Shown here: positions 17,107 to 26,900 of the stretch, piece by piece
Layout: each line of letters starts with the position of its first letter
How positions within the stretch are numbered: position 1 is the first letter of the stretch
Virus record (IMG/VR): IMGVR_UViG_3300005758_000229
Location: 1 to 45,103 of that record
From: a virus
Lineage: Duplodnaviria > Caudoviricetes
Direction: 5' to 3' (one strand)
DNA length: 45,103 nucleotides
Position numbers and translations under genes: made by a program
The notes under the pieces: generated by a model
What the model was told of the DNA's origin: nothing
The model's database searches: none
The model's input: only the letters and a program-made list of their open reading frames with translations

Positions 17107-17788
17107 TGACGGTGTCTCGCGCCTTGTCGAAGGCCACCCAGATCAGCAGACCGGCCATGACCAGGCCGGTGCCGCCAGCGATCCAGGCGAACCATTCGCT
17201 TTCGGTTATGTATGGGATGCTGCCGGCGAACGCGCCGGCCACCAGGAGGGGTGCGCCTTTCTTGATCCCGACGAAAGCCATGGCCAGCCCGCCCAGGACT
17301 ACCAGCGCAGCGCCGGTGACGGTCCAGATCTTCCGGTCGCCCTCTTTCTCGACGCGCACAATGTCCAGCTTGAGCTGCTTGTTTTCGTCGGCCAGGCGCT
17401 TGATCTCAGCTGCGTTGACCTTGGCCAGATCATCGGCCTTCTTCCAATCCTTCTGCAGCTGGTCGAGGATCTTGCGCCCGTATTCCATCTGATCCTTGTA
17501 GGCCTTCTCATCCATGGCCGCGGCCCTGGCCAGGGCGAAGGCCTTATCCCCTTCTGACGCCGGCGGCAGATATGATTGGGCCAGCTTGGCCTCAGCTCTG
17601 ACGACCGGTGGCTTGTCGGCGTTTGTCTCGATCGCCACCAGGGCACCGGCTACGCGGCCGTCGATCTTGTCCTGCTTGGCGCCAAGCGCCTCCAGCTGGC
17701 CGGCAGCCGGTGTCGGCTGCACGGGCTGATCCTTTGGCGACGACGCGCAGCCGGCGAGGATCAAGCATATGACGGCTGTCAGCCTCAC
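17084..17788 (-). CDS. Lipoprotein with coiled coil and C-terminal TM helices (spanin-like)
   Basis: Lipobox LILAG-C, long helical middle, up to three C-terminal hydrophobic segments. Confidence 0.65.
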   Translation of the reverse strand: MRLTAVICLILAGCASSPKDQPVQPTPAAGQLEALGAKQDKIDGRVAGALVAIETNADKPPVVRAEAKLAQSYLPPASEGDKAFALARAAAMDEKAYKDQMEYGRKILDQLQKDWKKADDLAKVNAAEIKRLADENKQLKLDIVRVEKEGDRKIWTVTGAALVVLGGLAMAFVGIKKGAPLLVAGAFAGSIPYITESEWFAWIAGGTGLVMAGLLIWVAFDKARDTVNEPHTPA

Positions 17789-17925
17789 TTCTTGAATTCG
17801 TCTGCGATGGACTTGGCCTTGGCCTCGGCCTGGTCGATGGTGTTCCGGTGTTTCCGGAATACCAACAGGCCACCGACGAAACCGGCAGCCAGACCAAGGG
17901 TGAACGTGATGAGATAGGAGATCAT
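17785..17925 (-). CDS. 46-aa single-TM membrane protein (missing from ORF track)
   Basis: MISYLITFTLGLAAGFVGGLLVFRKHRNTIDQAEAKAKSIADEFKK. Its stop overlaps the next GTG start (GTGA). Confidence 0.7.
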   Translation of the reverse strand: MISYLITFTLGLAAGFVGGLLVFRKHRNTIDQAEAKAKSIADEFKK

Positions 17926-17938
17926 GGTTTAGATCTTA

Positions 17939-20900
17939 TTATCTCCGGTATTTTGGCAACCCTTCCGGCTTAGGAGGCGTCCCCTTTTTGGGGGTATCAA
18001 CATCCTGCAGCTCGTTGGACCAGCCGGTATCGTTAGTCGCAGCCACGGCTACGGCGCCGACGGCCGGGTGCATAGCAGACCCTGCGATCACGGCAGCGCC
18101 CTTGATCGGGGCTACGGCAGCCCTGGCGGCAGCCTTCTTAAGGGCAGCCTCCTTCTCGGCCTGGGTCTTGGTGTCGTCCATGGCTAGCTCGATGGCCTTC
18201 TTGCCGACACGGCCTACGCCGACCGCGGTCTGACCGGCGACGCCGCCTGGCGGCTGATCGCGCGCGATATACTTGGTAGCCATTTCGAGCTTGGGCCCGA
18301 ACATGCCGGCGAAGGAGGAGGCGTTGAACAGCTTGTAGATCCAATGGTCCTTCTTGCGCTTCTCGGACGACTCCGTCGGGAACAGGTAGTCCTTGCTTTC
18401 AAACAAGGCGCCCATGGCGACGACGGTCAGAGGGGACAGCATGAGGGGGAGCATCATGTTGATCCGCTGGATCGCCGGCATGTTGTTGGTCGTGATCGCG
18501 CGCTTGGCCATGCGATACATGCGGTCGGTGACCTCGGAGAAGTAGGAGTAGCTGAAGCTCATGAGCTGCAGGGCCAGGCGCCCCAGGACGGCGTCCTGGA
18601 ACACCGGCTTGTGCGCCCGGTTCGCCCGGACGGCAGACTGATGGCTGAACCGGATCTGGGCTTCCTCGTATAGGCGGGCCATCTCAGACCCGTCGGTCAG
18701 CATGGCCATCCGCGCAGCCCGGTCCTTGGTCTGCTTGAGCGTGGCGCACCAGGCGGCGAAGGCGATCTGCTTGGACTTGGGGATGCCAAGCTCCAGCAGC
18801 GCTTCCTCGGCCGTGCTGCGCGTGTCGAACTTGAACAGCCGCGGGATGTAGTGGCTGCCGTCCAGCATGCCGGCATGGTCCAGGATGTAAGCGTGGCCCA
18901 GGGCGTGGGAGGCCTGGAGCTTGGCGTTCTCCGTGGACTCCATGAGGTTGGCCTGGTAGACGCGGTTCGTGATCCAGCGCATGGCCGGGTTGGCTTCCTC
19001 CATGCCGTGCTCCATGGCATGCATGCTCATCCAGGCGTCGTCCAGGGAGTTATGGATAGATCCGATGTGCTCCCCGTATTCCTGCCAGAACGTCGGCCCG
19101 ACGTGATCGCCCAGGACCGGCAGCATCTGCACCAGGTTGCGGATGAACCGCGCCCAGGTTTCGGCGTAGGCGTTGACCGTCCGGAACGGGTTACCGACGG
19201 TAGATCCGCGGATACCCATGGCCGAAGGTTCAAACAGGTTGTTCATGGCGCTCTTACCCATGGCCGCGGCGGCGGTGTATAGGTTGACCGTGTCCATGAA
19301 CATGCGCTCGGAGTTATCCAGGGGCGTCACGCCCAGGCCGGCGGCCAGCTTAACCAGCTGACCCATCTCGTTGATCGTCTCGATCGGGACGCCGTCGGCT
19401 TCCATGGCGTTGGCCATGGCTTCCCACTTCTCGCCTTCCGGTCCGAAGCGCCGGACGAGCTCGGCGCGCTTGACCGCGCTGCCGATGTAACGGCTGATCA
19501 CATAGAACGGATCCGGGGTCTGCCACTTGGCCATGATCCCCTGCGCCTGGCGACCGAACACGCGCTCCTTGGAGCTGTTCTCCGTGGCGCTGTCCCGGCC
19601 GCTGGTGAAGATGCTAGCCCATTCGGCGTCGCCCATGCCCCTGGTATGGGTCCGATACAGGGCAGCCGCGGCGGCGGCGGCCTTGGCCTGGATCTCCTGG
19701 GGCGTAAGGTTCGGGTCCTGGGACAGCTCGATCTCGTAGGCCCTGGTCGCGTCCGCGATAAACGCGGTCCGGTTGGCCGTGATCAGCTCGGAGTTGTAGA
19801 CCGCCGGGAAGTATTGCTGGACCTGGCCCATGTTCTCGCCGGCTGCGGTCCGGTAGTCGTGCAGCTCCTTGAGCAGATCGATCAGCTGCGTGGCCGCGTG
19901 ACCGGCGACGCCAGGCTGAATGTTGGTCCGGCCGGTGATCTGATCGACGAGCTCGCGGTAGAACTGCTCGCGCTGCTCGCTGGTCATACGGCTGAGCTGA
20001 TCGCGCAGCGGGCGCATGATCTGGTTAAACTTGTTCTGATACTTGATGCGCGCGCTCATGATCGCCTTGGGCAGATCGCGATCAGAGGACGGGTTCTCCG
20101 TTCCTGGGCGGGTGTGGATAATGTCGGAGACAGCCCGGACGGCAGCGCTGCCGGTGCGCTCTGCGTTCTGGTGCGCCTTGGTGCTGATGCCGTCGAAGTA
20201 ACGACCGCGCAGGACGTCGCCTACCCGGCGAGCCATGTCGTCGGCCGTGGCCGGCGGGTTAAGCGGAGCCGGCGCCGGGCTGGTGGGCGTGGTCGGCGAG
20301 GGCGGCGGCGGGGTCGGCGGGATCGCGTTGAACAGCTTTGGTCCGGCAGGGCCGTTACCCTGGACCTCTCGCAGCTTCTCCAGCGTCTCGGCTTCAGCGG
20401 CAGCTTGCTGCTCGCCGGTCTGCTCTGCCTGGCCGTAGTCGGCGCCTGGCTCGTTTGCCTGGGGTGTAGCCTGGGACGTAGCCTGGGTATCTCCAATCAC
20501 GGTGACGTCGTTGGCTCCGTTGTCCTTGAAGCTTTGGATGGCTTTATCGACTCTGAAGTCGGCGCCAGGCTTGCCTGTCTTGAGAACCGTAATCACATGA
20601 AGCATCTTGCGATTGCGACCACCAACCCGGAGAACAACGGTCATGCCGGTCGTCTTGGAGTATACGTTGATTGCATCAACCTGGCCGTTATCCATAGACA
20701 CAAGCGCGTGTGTGGCGTCTGCCATTATTTTTCGGATGGCACCAAGGTGGTCGTTTTGCTTCCAGGTCGTATCAGAAGCCAACGCGTCGAGCTCCCATCC
20801 GTGCTTCCATGACACATGCTCTAGGCCAAACCCAGCGGAGTTTTGACCAACGTCTTTATGTTTCTTGGTATCTTTTTCCCAATCAAAGTTACCGTGCATG

Positions 20901-23900
20901 CCGGTTCCTTGTCTGCCCTGCGTGATGTGGACAGGCAGATCAAGCAGCGCAGCCAAGTCGCCCAGCTTGCCGGCCAACCCTTGGATCGAGGTAATCCGCG
21001 GCAGATCAATCGGATTGCCAGACTCATCTGCTACCAGGAGGGATGAGTCTCTGGTAGGACCGACACCAATCTGGCTCTGAGGTATCACCCCAGGGTCCTC
21101 GGTCATTTCGCCATACTTGCTTATCCTGGGGCTGAGCTGTTCGTCCCATAGCATCTGTCGTCCCGTTTCAACCTGTAAGGCAGACGGGGGGATAGGCGGG
21201 TCCGTGCGGTCGCTTGCGCTGTCGCTTTTCAGTAACCCGGTTTTCTTTCCTTGATGCCTTGCTACGGACTCTGGCGTTCCGGCTTGGTTCTCCGGCTTGA
21301 TCGGATCCTGGCCAGGATCGCGCTTGGAGAACAGGGGCATGCTTTCATTTGAATAGGTGGCAGCGTCCGTCACCGGGTCGCTGGCGCGACCCTGGGCGCG
21401 CGCTTCATTGGCGTCCTTGGCTGCTTCCTGGACGTCCATCTCTACCGTGTCAGTCCGGGTATCGGGCATGCCGACCTCCTTGCCGGCAGCGTATGCCCGG
21501 ACATAGCCCTGGGCGATCGCCCGGACGTCACCAGGCCGGATCTCAAGAAGCTTGGATAGTTTTTCCATTCCAAGGTCGAGGGCCATCAATCTGGCATAGC
21601 CTATGGCGCGCATGGCCTTCCCGGCCAGGGGTCGTTCCCCACCTTCGCTTCTAGCGTAGGCCATGCGAATGATCGTAGCCTTGATCCACCGGACGATCAT
21701 AGCAAACAAGCCATCCTTGGGGGCGTTGACGTTAGCTTCGCGTCTGGCCATCACGTTCATGAGATAACCAAGAGTTTCCTCTCGGAACACGCGCATGAAC
21801 TGATTGATCTGCTTGTCAGTAAAACCTTCGGATTTAAGTATATTCGTAAGGCGTTCTTCGGTATAGCGCGTCCGGGAGGTGTATAGCCCCTGGCCGACCT
21901 TATTCATGATCCTTTTGAAGTTGGGATGGTTGCTGGCCACTACGGCAAACGCATCGGCCATGGCTTGGTGAGCCATGATCCTGTCCATGTCGCCGGCTTC
22001 ACCCTTCTCGACCAGGTCGCTCAGCTCTGCGAACAGGTCGTTGACCAGGTCTGTGTCCTTGCCGATGCCCATGTGGACGCCGATCTCATGCTTGATCAGC
22101 GCGTCGATCTCCTCCTTGGAGATAGCGTCGCCTACGAAATAGGTAGCCTCCCGGTTGTCGCCAAGGACAACGGCATTAAACTCTCCTTCGGATGCCTCCA
22201 GCGGGCTGATGCCAGGGATCTCTGCGCGGTCCCTAACCAGGACCAGGCGCCCATTTTCCATGAGTAGCTTGCCAAGCGGATGAGCCTCCAGGTATGCCTT
22301 GGCCTCATTGTAGCCAATGTCGCGCATGGCCTTGACGATCTTGTCCAGGTGGGGAGGAAGCCCACCCTTCGACAGGAGCAGGACCTTGTCTGGGTTCTTC
22401 TTGAAGTAGGCTTTGACTTGATCCAGATCCATGCCCTCCAGATCCTTGGCCAGCTGTTCGATCTCCGCGTCGCTGCCCTGGGTCCGGTTAAACAGCTCCG
22501 GCATGCCGTCGCCGGTGAAGTCGTAGCCCTTGACGCGATCGACCTCGACGCCGATGTATTCGGCCAGCTCCTGCTTGACCTGTTCCCGGAACGTCGGGTC
22601 ATTGATCCGGCCGGCCAGGGACACGCGGACGACGTCCTCGGTAGCGTCGATCCGGCCATGCGCAGCGCCGGCCAGGAGGCCTGGGAAGAAGGCCTCCTCC
22701 CAATCCAGGTGGGTGACGTTGGCGCCGATCATGTCGTATTCGTCCATCAGCTTGGACCTAAGCTCCTCGGCGTTGATAACCTGGAGCTTGCCCTGCTTGT
22801 CGTAAGCCCAGAGCCAGGTCTTTTCCCGGTTCTTCTTGCCGTGCTTGTGGCCGACGTCGGTCCACCATTGGATCCGGCGGGCGCCGGGCAGCTCGTTCTT
22901 GGCGCGCAGCTCAGCCTGGCGCTTCAGCCAGGCCTGGCGACCGCCGCCAGGGACAGCCTGGTTTTCGCCGTCGTCATACGCGGCGCCGGGATCATCCATG
23001 GTCGTTTGGTTTTCCGGGTCCAGCTCGGCTTCCGGATCTCGACCGGTAGGAGGCGGGTTGAGCTCCCGGTCGGCAGCAAGCTCCGGGTAAGGATGGCCCT
23101 GCGCCCTGTGCTTCTCGACGATCTGCTGCCGCCTGGCCTCTTGTCTTGCCCGGCGCTCCTGGGCGCCAGGTCGATTGTCGAAATCGCTCTGGCGCATGAA
23201 CTCCAGCATGATGTTAAACTCAACGTTGTTCTTATTGTCCGGCAGCGTTTTGCGGAAGGCGACCCGTTCGGCCGGAGACATGGACATAAACCTACGCACA
23301 TCAGCCTCGGAAAACGCTAGGCCTTCATAATTTTCCGTGCTCTCATAACCGGCCGCCGGCTCCTCGATCAGAGTGCCGGTCCGGCCGAACGTCATGACGC
23401 TGGCGCTGCGCGGGGTCCTCAGCTTGAAGTGCTTGGTGGCCTCGACCTTTAGGTTCTCGATAGCTTCCGTCAGATCGTCTGCCAGGTTGCCGTCCTCCAG
23501 GACAGGCTTGCCCTGCCGGTGTCGTTCCATGCCGGGCGTGAAGCTCATGACCAGCTTGCCGTCGCGGTTCTCGATCCGGCCCATGCCGATGGCTTCCATG
23601 AAGCCGTTGTGATCGCGGCCGATACCTCCGAACTTGGCGTTCAAGAATACAAGACCATGCGTGACTGACTCCGGTCTGCCCTTTGCCCACGGGCCGTTGA
23701 CCTGGGACAGATCAGACAGGTTCTCCGTGATGTGCACCTTGCCTCGCTTATCGATGAAATACAGGTAGGTGTTGTCGTAGTAGGCCTTCCTTTCTTCGGG
23801 GGAGGCGAACTCGCCCTGGCCGTTGCGGCCCGGACCATGCCCGATGTTTAGGTAGGTTACCGGAAGCTGGGCGGGCTGCTGCTTGAGCTTGGCTTCCCTG

Positions 23901-26900
23901 GCGCCGCCTGGGATCACCGTGTTCTCGCCGTCGTCGTAGGCCGCGGCCGGATCATTCAAGCTTCCGGTGTCTTGGCTCTCAAACCAGGCGTCAAACGCTT
24001 CCATTTCTGCCGTGTTAATGGCGTCGTTCTGGGCGTCGGTAGGGTTCTCGCCGGCTTGTTCGCGCAGATCTGCTGAGCTGGACGCTGCGGCGGCAGCCAG
24101 ATCGGCCAGCTGCTTATCGTTTAGCAGCTTAAGGCGATCATCCATTCCGGCTTCAGCCATGGACTTGTAGTTGTCAATTAGGCCAGCCTCGTAGCTAGAC
24201 GGGGTTTTCCCGTATTCTGCGCCAGGATCCAGGGCTACGTTCGGATCCAGGGTGGTCTTGGTATAGGCAGCCGTGCCGCCCTTTATGATGTTAAGCGCAG
24301 CGTCAGCCATTTCCTTTTGGCTCATGCTAGAGGAACCTGGGATAGCCAGGAGCTCCGTGCTGCCGGCCGGGAAGGCTCTGACGCGCGTAGCCACGGCTGC
24401 CGGGTTGATCACCGATCCGGTAATGAAACGCTGCCCCATGCGTCGCAAGCGTTCGCCGCCCTCGACATACATGATGCTGCCAAGGCCAAGCTTCTGCAGA
24501 TATGTATCAACATGGCTCATGCCGACCTTGGTGGTAAGGGTCGGGAACTCCGGTGTGCTGGCATACCCGCGCATGAGATCCAGGTGAGCTACCTCGCGCG
24601 TAGTCCCGTCCTCAAAAACGGCGTCGATATAGACATAGTCCTGGGCTTCGTAATTACCGATCGGATCTCCGTGGCTCTCGTAGCGCAGCCGGAGGTTTGA
24701 GATCTTCTTCTTACCCCGGCTATACGTTCCGTTGTCATCCCATCCGTCAACCGGGTAGCCATCCGGGAAGCGCTTATTGATGCGCTCCATGATCGTGGCC
24801 ATGTCCTGGCTGGCGCGCTTGGTGATGAACCCCTGGGAAGCCAGGAGGCCGTCGTCATGGTTCGGGACAGGTCTGCCTGTCATCCGGGCCATGTCGGCAG
24901 CAGAAGGGATAGGCTCGGCCTTGAGGACCTCAGCCATACCTTCCGCGTCCGGCGCACCCTCGCCGACCTCTAGATCATTTTTTTTTTTAGCCGCTTGGTC
25001 TACGACGTCGCGGAGGGTCTGGGGCTCGCCCTGGGGCTGGCCGCCTTCCGGATCGTATTCGGCAGCCGGCTCATTGAAGTCGCTGCCGTAAGTGCGAATG
25101 TCAAGAGAACGGTTTTGGCCTCCGGCGCCGAACGCATCCAGGACATTGATCTTAGTAGCACCAGCCACTCCGCTGATGTTTTGAATGACCAGGCGGGCGT
25201 TGGCGTCATCCAGGCCAGCGGTATAAATCATCATGTTGACCGGGTTGGCCCGGTCGATGCCGGCGACATACCGGTTAAAGCCGGTCTGTTCGGTGCCGGG
25301 GATCTTGGCCTTCATAGCCCGGAGCACATCGGCAGCCAGGGGGATTGTGGCAACCATGCGGTTGCTGTTGTCCAGGAGGATGATACCGGGCTGATCCGGG
25401 CCAAAGATGCGCTCGGCCTCAGCCATGGCATCCGTAGGGTTGCTGAACTGCTTGGCGTTCTGGCTGACGCGGAACGCAAACATGCGTTCGGTGATCGGAA
25501 CCTTGAACTTACGGGGGGCAGCCTTGATCGCCATGTTGCTCTCGATCCGGCCGGATGGGGTCATCTGGGCGAACCTGGTGCCGGCGATGGCCATGGTGCC
25601 TTGGTATTTGAGGTTCGCAGCTTCGACCAGCTTCTGGATGTTGCCGCCGGCGCTAATGTCGGCCGGAGACAGGGTGGGCTTACCGGACGGGTGGTTATGG
25701 ATAAACCAGACGCCGGCTGCGCCAGGGGTGCTGGCTGCGGTCCCGATAAGGATGCCAGGGTTGAAGCCGCAAGACGCCGGCTGGGAAAGCATGTGCTCGG
25801 CAATCTGGATCGGACGGCCGTTCTTGTCCGTGATCAGCAGGATCACCTGTTCCTGGGGGCGCTTGCGCAGACCAGCCACGACGTGGGCTGCGTCCTCGGC
25901 GCTCTTGACGAACTCGACGCCGGACATGACGTGGCCGGTCGTGGAGTGCTCGACGAACTGATCAAGCATGGCGTCGGACAGACCGAACTGAGCCATCTGC
26001 TCGCCGGTAAGGCGACCGAACGGAAGGGTGGTATCGAGCTTCGTCGGGAACACCGACGGGTTCGGGGCGGCCGGTTTCTTGCGCGGGGCGCGGGGCTTCT
26101 TGATAATGGGCTCGGCCGGCGTGGCGTTCACCAGGCCGGTGTCGGGAGTGGTGATCCCAGGGGGGTTGACCCTGGCGCCAGCTTCGCGCTCCTGGCGGGC
26201 GAACTCTGCGCCGGCGTTAGGATCTTCCGGGTTGGTTTCGCCGACGCCACCTTCCTGGAGGCCGTTTCGGACGATGCCTTCGATGCCGGCACCGCCATCC
26301 TCGCCGCCGTCGGCGCGCTGCGTGGCCTTACGGTTGGCCATGACCTCCGGATAGTCCTGGGCAGCCTGTTCTTCGCCGCCCTCGATCGGAGCCGGATCAT
26401 ATTCCTCGCCACCTTCGCGGAAGCCCATGCGCTCACCGGTCGGCAGCCTGGGCGTCGTGTTGGCGCCGCCAAGCGTGTCCTGCATAGGGCCAAAGTGGTG
26501 ACCGAAATTACGCTGGTTGTTGATCGTGTCCAGGACGTCGATCTTGTATCTGACGGCCATGTCACGAACGTTGCGGTTCGCGTTCACGGCTTCCTGGCTG
26601 TCGTTGCTGGAGTCGCCCACGCTGATGATGATCTGGTCAGCGTTGGCGCGCTCCATGACCGTTAGGATCCGGGCGAGAGGGGAATTATCCTGGGCGGTGG
26701 ACTCGACGTCGATCGTCGAGCTGGTTGTCCGGGGAAGGCGCTGGGTATTGCTCTGCGCAATACCCATGGTTCCGCGCTTGTTGGTGACCGTCGCAAGCGC
26801 GGTCATCTCTGCCAGGCTTAGAGGCAGGACGCCCATGATCCGGCCGCCCTTATCAAGGAAAGCGATGCCGGGCTTACGGGCGAGCAGCGGGACGATGGCG

